A stretch of DNA of 64,000 bases, from the NCBI GenBank assembly GCA_963664825.1, contig OY761614.1, positions 3,200,001 to 3,264,000 of the forward strand, read 5' to 3'. This document shows positions 18,068 through 28,714 of this stretch, one piece after another; within the stretch, counting starts at the first letter, position 1; each line of letters begins with the position of its first letter. The translations under genes and the position numbers were made by a program. Under the pieces are notes generated by a model, which saw only the letters and a program-made list of their open reading frames with translations, made no database searches and was not told the DNA's origin. Origin of the DNA: an uncultured Holophaga sp. (GTDB taxonomy: Bacteria; Acidobacteriota; Holophagae; Holophagales; Holophagaceae).

Positions 18068-19537
18068 CAATACGGTTCACTTAAGGTTTTGAATGGAGAT
18101 GGCGGGGGTGCAGTGGGCGTTGCATTTGATGGTTCTGTCGCGGACGTTCCAATTGCTCATTTTACGCTTGACCCCTCGGGGATTGGTGCGATTTCGACTG
18201 GAACTAGCCGGTTCCTTCACGAGCTCTTGCAGGATGGCGTTGTGGGCGATCAGGCGTTGGGCTGGGGGGAGAGAGCCGCGAAGTGCGGCAGGGTGCGGCG
18301 GATGACCCTCACGGCATGGATGAACGATAGTCGATCCGGGTCGATCTCGGCCTGGAGTGCGGCTTCATGCATGAGGCCCCGAATGGCGAAATGGGCCATC
18401 ATCAGGCCGTAGAACTCCTGGCGGATGAGATCGGGGGTCTTGCTGCGCAGCAGCATCTGGCGGCCTCGGAGGTGGGTCTTCAGCTCGTCGAAGGCGGACT
18501 CGATCTCCCAGCGTTCGGGATAGAGCGCGGCCAACTCGACGGCCGGGGCGATCTTGGGATCCAGGAGGGTGGTGATGAGACGGTAGGTGGTTTCGCCCTC
18601 GGAATCGGGGGGCATTGGAATGCCCTGGAGTGTGTAGGCGATGACTCGCACCCGAACGCCTTTTGAGGGGTGTCGATATTCACGGGTGGGATACAGGGTG
18701 GAGAGGTAGGAGCCGTCTTCGAGTTCCTCTTCCCTGGGCAGGCCGAGCTTTGCATTGACCCTCCAGAGGAGGTCGGCACCGGTGGCCTTGGCTTTGTTCC
18801 AAAACTCGAAGCCGTAGAAACCGCGATCGGCGAGACAGAGCATTCCTGGGGTCAGGGCCGGGAGGAGTTGGTGGGCGATGGCTTTCTCGCTGGTGTTGAA
18901 GCCCTCCATGCGGGAAGCAAAGAGGACATGGGTACCGCTCTCGACCAGGGAGACGAAGCGCACCTGCGGATAGGCGCTGGTTCCTCGGGCAACGCCGGGG
19001 CGGCCGAACTCCGTTTCGATGGCGGGGGCCTCGGGAACATCCAGGGTGCTGCCGTCGATGCTGACAATGCGCCACTGGCGGTACCAGGCCCCGGGGGTGT
19101 CCGGGGTGGCGATGGGCTGGACAACCTTGTCGTGAAGGCGCTGGAGAGGTTCCCAGCCGAGACGGGACCTGGCCTGAGAGATGGCGGACTTCCCGGCGAT
19201 ATGCAGGTCCTCGGGGGTACCCTGCAGCCACCGGAGGCCCTCCATGAGGCAGCGCAGGACCTCTCGGCAGGAGGCCTGGGTGAAGAGGGCCAGAGCGATG
19301 ACGTAGTAGATCACCACATGCGCCGGCAGATCTCGGTGGCGTTGACTCGCCCGCCCAGTCTCCTTGAGCACCGCTTCCACCTGGTGCGTGGGGAAGAGCC
19401 GGGCCACCACCCCCAGGGTGATGAAGTCCGAGATTCGCGTTCCACCCTCGAGCGTAGCTGGTGTCCTGGCCATTGTGAGCCCTACACCGAATCTAGGCAG
19501 TCGCACAGGCCTGTCAAGGCTTAAGTGAACGGTATTA
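18068..19537 (-). mobile_element. IS4-family insertion sequence, 1470 bp, complete
   Basis: Terminal IRs CAATACGGTTCACTTAAG and TAATACCGTTCACTTAAG (reverse complement). 10-bp direct repeat GGGTTAAGCC at 18058-18067 and 19538-19547. Confidence 0.95.
18250..19473 (-). CDS. IS4-family DDE transposase (probably extended by a -1 shift, see findings)
   Basis: SAISQARSRLG, IDGS, LADRGF and the YREK motif Y..RWEIE..F.ELK. Confidence 0.95.
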   Translation of the reverse strand: MARTPATLEGGTRISDFITLGVVARLFPTHQVEAVLKETGRASQRHRDLPAHVVIYYVIALALFTQASCREVLRCLMEGLRWLQGTPEDLHIAGKSAISQARSRLGWEPLQRLHDKVVQPIATPDTPGAWYRQWRIVSIDGSTLDVPEAPAIETEFGRPGVARGTSAYPQVRFVSLVESGTHVLFASRMEGFNTSEKAIAHQLLPALTPGMLCLADRGFYGFEFWNKAKATGADLLWRVNAKLGLPREEELEDGSYLSTLYPTREYRHPSKGVRVRVIAYTLQGIPMPPDSEGETTYRLITTLLDPKIAPAVELAALYPERWEIESAFDELKTHLRGRQMLLRSKTPDLIRQEFYGLMMAHFAIRGLMHEAALQAEIDPDRLSFIHAVRVIRRTLPHFAALSPQPNA

Positions 19538-20219
19538 GGGTTAAGCCCTTCTTCATCTCCGAGAGCAGCTCCCGGATGGCCCGCAGGGGATCGGGGGCCT
19601 TGAATACGGCGTTGCCGGCCACCAGCACGTCCGCCCCGGCCCGCACCAGTTCCTGGGCGTTCTCCAGGCCCACGCCGCCATCCACCTGGATGAGGAATGG
19701 CACTTGGCGCTCGGTGCGCAGGGCATCCAGGCGCTTCACCTTATCGAGGGTGCGCGGGATGAAGCTCTGGCCACCGAAGCCCGGGTTCACGCTCATGAGC
19801 AGGACGAAATCAAAATCGTCCACCAGATCGATGAGGGTCTCCACCGGCGTGGCGGGGTTGAGCACGACGCCGGCCTTGGCCCCCGCGGCTTGGATGGCGC
19901 CCAGGGTCCGGTGCAGATGGGGGTCGGCCTCCTGGTGCACGCTCACCCAGTCGGCGCCGGATTTCACGAATTCCACGGCGTATTTCAGGGGTTCCACGAT
20001 CATCAGGTGGCAGTCCAGGGGCAGCCTCGTCTCCTTTCGCAGGGCGGCCACCACGGGCATTCCGAGCGTGATATTGGGGACGAAGCGCCCGTCCATCACG
20101 TCCACGTGCACGCTGCAGCCTCCGGCCTGCTCCAGCAGCCTCAGCGCGTCTGCGAGACGTGCGAAATCCGCCGAGAGAATAGAAGGGGCCAGGAGGGGTT
20201 CGGAAGGGCGGAGGGACAT
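19521..20219 (-). CDS. rpe: Ribulose-phosphate 3-epimerase (last codons supplied by the IS4 end)
   Basis: APSILSADF, HVDVMDG.FVPN, DCHLM, MSVNPGFGGQ and VDGG motifs. Confidence 0.96.
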   Translation of the reverse strand: MSLRPSEPLLAPSILSADFARLADALRLLEQAGGCSVHVDVMDGRFVPNITLGMPVVAALRKETRLPLDCHLMIVEPLKYAVEFVKSGADWVSVHQEADPHLHRTLGAIQAAGAKAGVVLNPATPVETLIDLVDDFDFVLLMSVNPGFGGQSFIPRTLDKVKRLDALRTERQVPFLIQVDGGVGLENAQELVRAGADVLVAGNAVFKAPDPLRAIRELLSEMKKGLTLIPFT

Positions 20220-20276
20220 GGGCTCACATCAGAAAAGGAAGAAGAAGGGAAAGATACCAGGGCTATTATCCCCCGC

Positions 20277-21881
20277 TCACCGGGATTCCGAAGCGCTGAA
20301 GATCTCCCGGCCATCGACCCACATCCGGCCGGGCTTGAGGTGGCGCAGTTCCTCGGGGCTCAGGGTCAGAATGGGGGCTTGCACCCAGAGCAGATCGGCC
20401 ACGGCCCCCACCTTGAGGAGGCCGAGCTCCCTGTGCCCCAACACCTGGCCGCTGGTCTCCGTGTAGGCCCGGATGGTTTCCGATCGCGTGAGCCGATGGA
20501 GGGGCTGGAATCCCCCCGAGGGATCCCCCGCGGCATCCTGGCGCGTCTCGGCGACAGCCATTGTCGGGAAGGGATTGGCGTCGGCGATGGGCGCGTCGCT
20601 GCCGAAGACGAGGGGCGCGCCGCCCTTGAGGAAGCTGCGCCAGGGGAAGGCGCCGTCCAGGCGTTCGGGTCCCAGGCGGGCGGGGGTCCAGGCATGGTCA
20701 TCGGCCAGATGCATGGGCTGGACGGAGACCACGAGCCCGGCCTTCCCGAATGCGAGGGCATCGCTTGGGGTGACAATCTGGGCGTGTTCCACCCGGGGGG
20801 CGAAGGCATCCCCCTTGCGGCGGGCCTTGGCCAGCACGTCCAGGGCGGCGTGGTTGGCCGCGTCCCCGATGGCGTGGGCGGCGGGCTGGTACCCGGCCCG
20901 GAGGACGAGGACTGCGGCCTTCCCGAGGGCCTCGGGCTCGGTGACCCACAGCCCCTGGGTGCCCGGGGCATCCGCATAGGGCGCCAGCATCCGCGCCCCG
21001 CGGCTGCCCAGGGCGCCATCGAAGTAGAACTTCACCCCCTGCACCTGGAAGAAGGAGAGCCGCGGGGCATGGGGGCGCCTCAGCTCCCGGAGCATGAGGC
21101 GGGAATCCTGATCGAAGTAGCTGAAGACGCGGATGGGCAGGGCATTGGAAGCCGCCAAGCGGCGGTAGGTCTCCAGGGTGATGGCGTCTCCGCCCATATC
21201 GCAGGCCGAGGTGAAACCCAGGCGCTGGAGCGCCTGGAGCCCCTTCCGGATCCAGGCCTCGCGCTGGCCTGAGGTGGCGGCCGGGATCTTCGATTCCACC
21301 AGGCTCATGGCGTTATCCAGGAGGATGCCCGTGGCGTGGCCCTGGGCATCCCGCAGGATGCGGCCTCCCGTCGGGTCCTGCGTGGCGTCCTCGATGCCTG
21401 CGACTCGGAGGGCCGCCCCGTTGGCCCAGAGAGCGTGGCCGTCCACGCGCCGGAAGGAAGCCGGACGGGGGCCGGTCACCCCATCCAGACCCGCGGCCGT
21501 GGGGAAGGCCTGGGCCTCCCAGAGGTTCTGGTCCCAACCCCAGCCCAGGATCCACCCTTCGGGATTGGCTTGGGCCCAGGTCCTGATTCGGTCCAGGGCC
21601 TCCTGCCTTCTGCGGAGGCCGCGCAGATCCACCTGAGCCTCCAGCTTGCCGATGCCCTCCACGTGGCAGTGGCCCTCGATGAAGCCCGGCAGGAGTGTGC
21701 CGCCCTCCAGATGGACCACCCTGGCCTTGGGAAAACGTTTGGCGAGGGCCCCTTCCTTGGCGATGGCCGCGATCTTCCCTCCCCGGATGGCCAGGGCCTG
21801 GCCGGGGAGGGCGCCATTCTCCTGCCAGAGTTCGGCCCCGGAGAGGATGAAAAGGGCAGGGGGAGGTGGGGGCAGCAGCAT
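20277..21881 (-). CDS. Amidohydrolase family 3 (YtcJ-like)
   Basis: PGFIEGHCH, DGH..WAN, K...DGALGSR.A, HAIGD.A, RVEHAQ and FGSDAP motifs. Confidence 0.9.
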   Translation of the reverse strand: MLLPPPPPALFILSGAELWQENGALPGQALAIRGGKIAAIAKEGALAKRFPKARVVHLEGGTLLPGFIEGHCHVEGIGKLEAQVDLRGLRRRQEALDRIRTWAQANPEGWILGWGWDQNLWEAQAFPTAAGLDGVTGPRPASFRRVDGHALWANGAALRVAGIEDATQDPTGGRILRDAQGHATGILLDNAMSLVESKIPAATSGQREAWIRKGLQALQRLGFTSACDMGGDAITLETYRRLAASNALPIRVFSYFDQDSRLMLRELRRPHAPRLSFFQVQGVKFYFDGALGSRGARMLAPYADAPGTQGLWVTEPEALGKAAVLVLRAGYQPAAHAIGDAANHAALDVLAKARRKGDAFAPRVEHAQIVTPSDALAFGKAGLVVSVQPMHLADDHAWTPARLGPERLDGAFPWRSFLKGGAPLVFGSDAPIADANPFPTMAVAETRQDAAGDPSGGFQPLHRLTRSETIRAYTETSGQVLGHRELGLLKVGAVADLLWVQAPILTLSPEELRHLKPGRMWVDGREIFSASESR

Positions 21882-21970
21882 GAGGCATCCGCAATGAAGG
21901 AGTCTCAAGTCTAGTGGTGCCCGCCCAAAATACATGAGACAGACAAAGCGCACCCTGGGCACCACGTGGC

Positions 21971-22116
21971 AGGGGTCTGGGGGCATGGCAGTGCCCCCAG
22001 AGGGATGACAGCCCGCAGACGCACTGCGTTTGCGGGCGCCAGAGGGGGCCTTGCCCCCATGGAAGTGCACCCCGCCGTCAACAAAGCTTGTACCTGTCAT
22101 TCAGGCGGGGTGCACT
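21971..22116. repeat. Cluster of four stem-loops (REP-like element or structured RNA)
   Basis: Hairpins at 21977-22000, 22011-22037, about 22044-22058 and 22064-22116. The last has perfect 13-bp arms AGTGCACCCCGCC / GGCGGGGTGCACT. Confidence 0.55.
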
Positions 22117-22177
22117 AGCCCTTGAGGTGCTATCGATCCGGCCCCCCTGATAACCTGTGGGGAGTCCCGGAGGCCGC

Positions 22178-23833
<1,656 letters not shown>

Positions 23834-23938
23834 ACGAAACACCCCTGCCTCTGAGAGGGGCCGCTGGATCATTCCTAATGTCCTGGGCCCATGGGATCGA
23901 TGAACCCGGAAGCGGGCATTGTCGAGCCGCTCCTCCCC

Positions 23939-25135
23939 ATGAAAAAACGCATCCTCTTCGTCGCTGACGATCCCCATTCCCTCAAGGCCCTGCGGGCGAT
24001 GGTTGGCCCCATGGAGAGGGAATGGAGGATGACCTTCGCCGAAGGGGGGGCCCAGGCTCTGGAACATCTGGACCACTGTGCCTTCGATGTGGTGGTGACG
24101 GATCTGGGAATGCCCGGGGTGGACGGGCGCCAGGTGCTGGAGCACGCCCTGCGCCTCCATCCCATGGCCGTGCGCATGGTTTTTGCCGGTCCCAGCGACC
24201 AGGAACGCCTGATGGAGAGCCTGGGTGTCATCCATCAGGCCCTCTCCAAATCCTGCGGTCTGGAGGAGCTGACCGTGCTGGTGGGCAACGCCTCCCGGTT
24301 GGGCGATAGCATCCTGGACGAGGAACTCAAGAGGGCCATCGGCCACCTGGAATGTCTGCCCACCGTGCCCCAGATGTACCAGGAGCTGCGCGTCGCCCTC
24401 GAAGAAGATGGTGCGACCGTCAAGCGTGTGGCGGAGATCCTCTGTCAGGACATGGGTATGAGCGCCAAGATCCTGAGCCTGGTCAATAGCGCCTTCTTCG
24501 GCTTGCGGCGCACGGTGGAGAGCCTCCAGGAGGCCGTGGCCTTCCTGGGCACCGAGACCATCAAGGTGCTGGTGCTGGCCCACGGGCTCTTCGATCAAAC
24601 GGGCGTGTTGGAAACCAAGGTCCTCACCCTCGAGGACATCTGGCGCCATAGCCTGAGTGTTGCCTGGGGAGCCCGGGCCCTGGCGGCCATGGAGGGGCTT
24701 TCCCGTCCTCTCCATTCGGAGGCCTTCATGGGGGGCATGCTCCACGATGTGGGCATCCTCGTCTTGGCGAAGAATTTCCCTGAACGCTACGACCGGGTCG
24801 TGCAATTGAGCGCCGAGGAGCGCCTTCCGGTGTACCGCGCCGAGCACCTGGAATTTGGCCTCAGCCACGCCGAGGTGGGCGCCTATATCCTGGGCCTCTG
24901 GGGCATCCAGCCCGCCGTACTCAAGGCCGTGAGCCTCCATCACACGCCGAGCGCTCTGCGCGTGACCTCCTTCAATCCCCTCCTGGCCATCCACCTCGCC
25001 GATAATCTCTGCGGTGTGCGGGATCACCATGCCCTCTTCGAACATTCGGCGCTCGATGAGCGGGCCCTCGGCATCCTGGGGCTCCGGGAGCATCTGGCGG
25101 GCTGGCGCAAGGTGCTGGCCAAGTCTGCCTGGTAG
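23939..25135 (+). CDS. Receiver (REC) + HDOD domain protein (start may be 23891 or 23900)
   Basis: KRILFV.DD and VVTDLGMP.VDG receiver. LP..P, D.GMSAKIL.LVNSAFFG, LHDVG and H.EVGAY...LWG HDOD motifs. Confidence 0.88.
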   Translation: MKKRILFVADDPHSLKALRAMVGPMEREWRMTFAEGGAQALEHLDHCAFDVVVTDLGMPGVDGRQVLEHALRLHPMAVRMVFAGPSDQERLMESLGVIHQALSKSCGLEELTVLVGNASRLGDSILDEELKRAIGHLECLPTVPQMYQELRVALEEDGATVKRVAEILCQDMGMSAKILSLVNSAFFGLRRTVESLQEAVAFLGTETIKVLVLAHGLFDQTGVLETKVLTLEDIWRHSLSVAWGARALAAMEGLSRPLHSEAFMGGMLHDVGILVLAKNFPERYDRVVQLSAEERLPVYRAEHLEFGLSHAEVGAYILGLWGIQPAVLKAVSLHHTPSALRVTSFNPLLAIHLADNLCGVRDHHALFEHSALDERALGILGLREHLAGWRKVLAKSAW

Positions 25136-25177
25136 CCGCGACAGAGGGGGCCCGGTTCCTCTACAATTGGAATCACC

Positions 25178-26278
25178 ATGGCACCTGATGTCCGAAGACC
25201 CATCGACCGCTGGCTCCTGTTCTTCGCCTTCCTCCTCATGGCGGTGGGCATGGTCTGGGTCTATTCGGCCTCGGGCATGAAGAGCAGCGTGGCCACGACC
25301 TTCCTGGTCCAGCAGATGGTGGCCGGGGGGATTGGTATCGCACTGATGCTAGCCCTGAGCCAGGTGGATCTGAGGGCCCTGCGGGAGAAGCCCCGGGCGC
25401 TGCAGATCGTCTATGTCATCTTCGTGCTCCTGCTGGTGGCCGTCTTCTTCTTCCCGGATGTGAAGGGCGCCCATCGCTGGATCCGCCTCCTGGGCCAGCG
25501 CTTCCAGCCTTCGGAATTCTTCAAGCCGCTGGTGGTGCTCATCACGGCCTGGTGGATGGTGCGCTACCAGGATGTCTGGACCCGGCTCCAGGAATCCTTG
25601 CCCCGCCTCGTGCTCCTCCTGCTGATCATCGGGCTCCCCCTCGGGCTCATCCTCTTTGAACCCGATTTCGGCACCACGGTCCTGGTGTCTCTGGTGGTCT
25701 TCATGCTGGTCTTTCTCGGGGGGCTGCACCGGGCCCTGCTGGCAGGCTTCGGCGGCACCCTTGCCCTGGGGGCCGTGATGGCCGTGGTGGCGAGCCCCTA
25801 TCGACTGGCCCGGGTGATGAGCTTCCGGAATCCGGAAGCCGATCCTCTGGGAAAGGGCCACCAGGCCCTCCAGAGCCTGATCGCGGTGGGCAATGGGGGG
25901 ATCTTCGGCGTCGGGGTCGGCAACAGCATGCAGAAGCTGTTCTATCTGCCCGAGGCCCACAACGACTTCATCTTCGCCGTGATCGCCGAGGAGGCGGGCC
26001 TCGTCGGAACCGTGGCGGTGCTGCTGCTCTTCTCCGGCATCCTCTGGCGGGGCTACCGCATCAGTCGCCGGGTGAGGGATAACTATCTGCGCCTCTGCGC
26101 CATCGGCTTCACCATGATTCTGGTGGTGCAGGCCTTCATGAACATGAGCGTGGTGCTCAGCATCGCGCCCAACAAGGGCATTCCGCTGCCTTTCATCAGC
26201 TATGGCGGAACCAGCCTCATGGCCTCCCTGGCCACCCTGGGGCTGCTGCTGGCTGTAAGCAAGGAAGCGAGTGAGTGA
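25178..26278 (+). CDS. ftsW: SEDS peptidoglycan glycosyltransferase, FtsW-like
   Basis: MVYSAS-like, GA.RWI, FQPSEF.K, EPDFGT, YLPEAHNDFIFAVI.EE.G and G..LPFISYGGTS motifs. Confidence 0.85.
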   Translation: MAPDVRRPIDRWLLFFAFLLMAVGMVWVYSASGMKSSVATTFLVQQMVAGGIGIALMLALSQVDLRALREKPRALQIVYVIFVLLLVAVFFFPDVKGAHRWIRLLGQRFQPSEFFKPLVVLITAWWMVRYQDVWTRLQESLPRLVLLLLIIGLPLGLILFEPDFGTTVLVSLVVFMLVFLGGLHRALLAGFGGTLALGAVMAVVASPYRLARVMSFRNPEADPLGKGHQALQSLIAVGNGGIFGVGVGNSMQKLFYLPEAHNDFIFAVIAEEAGLVGTVAVLLLFSGILWRGYRISRRVRDNYLRLCAIGFTMILVVQAFMNMSVVLSIAPNKGIPLPFISYGGTSLMASLATLGLLLAVSKEASE

Positions 26279-26996
26279 ATTGGAAATGACAACTCCGAAA
26301 CAAGTCGTTATCGCTGGCGCCACCGGTCTCATCGGCCGCGAGCTGGTCCGGCAGCTCCACGAACGGCCCGATGTGGCCTTCACGGCCCTGGTGCGGAAGG
26401 AGGGGATCCTCTCGCAGCTCTCGGATCGCGTCCGGGAAGTGCGCTTCGACTTTGAGGATCCGGCCTCCTACGCCCGCATCGGCACGGAGATCCCCTGCGA
26501 TGTCCTGCTCTGCGCCCTCGGCACCACCTTGAAGAAGGCGGGCAGCCGGGAGGCCTTCCGGAAGGTGGATCTCGAGATGCCCGAGGCTCTCATCGAGAGG
26601 GCCGCTACGCTGGAATCCCGGCCGATCTTCGGGCTCGTCAGCGCCGCGGGAGCCGGTCACCCCAGGGGCTTCTACCTCCAGACCAAGGCCGAGGTGGAGA
26701 AGGCCCTCCTGGATTCAGGACTGCCCTACATCATCCTGCGGCCTTCCCTCCTCATGGGGGACCGGAAGGAATTCCGCCTGGCGGAAAGGCTCACGCTCCT
26801 ATTCCTGGCCAAGCCTTTCCTGGCCCTGGCCCGGACCTTCGCGCCGCACTCCAAGCTCGTCTGGAAATATGCCCCCATCCAGGGTGCCAAGGTGGCGGAA
26901 ACCCTCCTGCGCTATTGCGTCGACGAGCCCATCCATGCCCAGGGGCGCGTAATCAGCGGCATCGCGCTCCACCACCCGATCCTGGATCTGGACTAA
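26271..26996 (+). CDS. NAD(P)-binding Rossmann protein (YraR/TIP30-like atypical SDR)
   Basis: AGATGLIG, CALGTTLKKAGS.EAF.KVD, Y..TK.EVE and RPSLL.G.R motifs. Confidence 0.85.
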   Translation: MSELEMTTPKQVVIAGATGLIGRELVRQLHERPDVAFTALVRKEGILSQLSDRVREVRFDFEDPASYARIGTEIPCDVLLCALGTTLKKAGSREAFRKVDLEMPEALIERAATLESRPIFGLVSAAGAGHPRGFYLQTKAEVEKALLDSGLPYIILRPSLLMGDRKEFRLAERLTLLFLAKPFLALARTFAPHSKLVWKYAPIQGAKVAETLLRYCVDEPIHAQGRVISGIALHHPILDLD

Positions 26997-26997
26997 A

Positions 26998-27219
26998 TCA
27001 GACGCTCCAGTGGTTCGAAGGCGGCGCGGGGAAGCTCCGGCTCTTCCGGCCACGGGCCAACAGCTCGCTAAGCAGGACCTTGAGCCCCATGTCCACGGAG
27101 ATGCGAAGGGCCTCGTCCCGGTCACAGGGATATCCGGGCTCGACCTCCCGGAGCAGGAGCAGGAGCGCGTCCAGGCGGTCGAGGGTGCGCTGGTCCAACT
27201 GGACGCCGACGTTTCCCAT
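26998..27219 (-). CDS. Small hypothetical protein, possibly ribbon-helix-helix-like (73 aa)
   Basis: ATG with GGAG upstream. Beta-like N-terminus (NVGVQLD) followed by two amphipathic helices. Confidence 0.45.
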   Translation of the reverse strand: MGNVGVQLDQRTLDRLDALLLLLREVEPGYPCDRDEALRISVDMGLKVLLSELLARGRKSRSFPAPPSNHWSV

Positions 27220-27331
27220 GGAACTCCCTTCCCCCGGATCGCACCAGGCTTCTGGGGATACGGAATAGGTGGCGTCGAGTTTAGCAATGTTCCCGAAAAG
27301 GGCCACTGGATTGAAGGCCCTTATGAAAAAA

Positions 27332-28714
27332 TCAGGCTCCTCCCAGGGCCATCTCCTCCAGGAGGATCGAAAGCCCGGCCTGGCTTCCATACCAGCGCAG
27401 ATCATTGCCCAGGGCCACGATGCGCGTGATGAAATCCCGCAGATTGCCTGCGAAGGTGAGGCGGTCCACGGCCTCGCAGAGGACCCCGTCGCGGATCCGA
27501 AGGCCCGAGGCGCCCACGCTGAGGTCCCCCGAGACCGGATCCACCGTATGCAGGCCCATGATCTCCGTGATGAGAACGCCGCCCTCGGCCAGGCGGTAGA
27601 GGGCTTCCACACTCTGGCTCCCGGCCTCGGGGAAGAGATTGAAGGTCGTCACACCGGGATTGCTGCCCATGCCCCTGCCGGCGCTGGCCGTGGGCGCACA
27701 TCCCATCTCGGCGGACGTCTTCAGGGTGTGGAGGTAGGTCTTGAGCACACCCTTTTCCAGCAGCACATTGCGCCGTGTGGGCAGGCCCTCGCCATCCCAG
27801 GGTTCAGAGCCCAGGCCCGCGCGCCCATCGGGGAAGACCAGGCGACCATCATCGATGAGGGTGAGCAGGGGGGAGGCGATGGGCTGTCCCAGTTTGCCCG
27901 CGAAGAGGCTCCGCTCCTTGAGCACGGCCTCGGCCGAGAGCATGCCGGCGATGAGCCCCAGCAGATCCACGGCCACTTCCGGGTGCAGCACCACGGGATA
28001 CTTCCCGGAGGGCAGGGCCTTGGGGTTGAGCTTGCGCTCGCCCTTTTCTGCGGCCTCCCTTCCGATGGCGGCCAGATCGAGGGCCCCAGGGTGGCGCCCC
28101 ACGTCCCAGTGCCAGGCGGCCTGGCGATCTTCGCCATCCTGCACGGCCAGTTCGATGGAGGCCGAACAGGAGCTTCCCAGATCGGTGGCCCTCACTCCCT
28201 TTTGCGTGAGGAGCAGGGTGGCGCCCGCCCCATCGGCCCAGGCCGATTCCCGGATGGCGGAGACCTTCGAGGAAGCCTTCCGAGCCTCGGTTTCCAGCGC
28301 AAGGGCTCGCGCGATGCGCTCCTCGGGGCTCAGGGCCTCGGCCCGTGCATCGTAGCGGATGGGCAGGTCATCGGCACCCGAGGGTTCCGCCTGGCGCTGC
28401 CAGGGATCCTCGTCCCCCAGGGCTGATATCTCCCAGGCCTGGCGGAAGAGGTCGTTGAAATTTTCCCGGGAGAGATCGGTGGTGGTGGCGATGCCCGTGC
28501 GACCGCCCCGCAGGACGCGCACACCCAGGCCTCCGCGCTTGCTGGTGCTGAGGTCCTCCAGGGCGCCATTCTGGACCTTGGCCTTGCGGCTCCGGGAAAC
28601 GGAGACGAAGGCTTCGGCCCCATCGGCCCCCATCTGGCAGGCGTGGCGGAGGGCATCCTGGAGGCGCTGTTCCAGGGGTTCGGAGATGAAGGAGCGGAAG
28701 ACGGATTCGGACAT
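27332..28714 (-). CDS. pmbA: PmbA/TldE family protein
   Basis: GA..AE, GLGVRV, S.F..KLG..IAS..LT..DD, DGEG.PT, G.L..YL and SGDLS.GA.G. No HExxxH motif. Confidence 0.9.
   Translation of the reverse strand: MSESVFRSFISEPLEQRLQDALRHACQMGADGAEAFVSVSRSRKAKVQNGALEDLSTSKRGGLGVRVLRGGRTGIATTTDLSRENFNDLFRQAWEISALGDEDPWQRQAEPSGADDLPIRYDARAEALSPEERIARALALETEARKASSKVSAIRESAWADGAGATLLLTQKGVRATDLGSSCSASIELAVQDGEDRQAAWHWDVGRHPGALDLAAIGREAAEKGERKLNPKALPSGKYPVVLHPEVAVDLLGLIAGMLSAEAVLKERSLFAGKLGQPIASPLLTLIDDGRLVFPDGRAGLGSEPWDGEGLPTRRNVLLEKGVLKTYLHTLKTSAEMGCAPTASAGRGMGSNPGVTTFNLFPEAGSQSVEALYRLAEGGVLITEIMGLHTVDPVSGDLSVGASGLRIRDGVLCEAVDRLTFAGNLRDFITRIVALGNDLRWYGSQAGLSILLEEMALGGA

Noticed and set aside
17545..19537. 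Defence island around the GIY-YIG gene and IS4
   Set aside because: The GIY-YIG protein is the small housekeeping UPF0213 type, and no other defence, integrase or phage genes are present.
21900..22177. Cobalamin riboswitch upstream of the mutase
   Set aside because: No GGGAA / GCCCCCGC-ACTGT / B12-box pattern was seen. Only generic hairpins are present, and these are reported separately.
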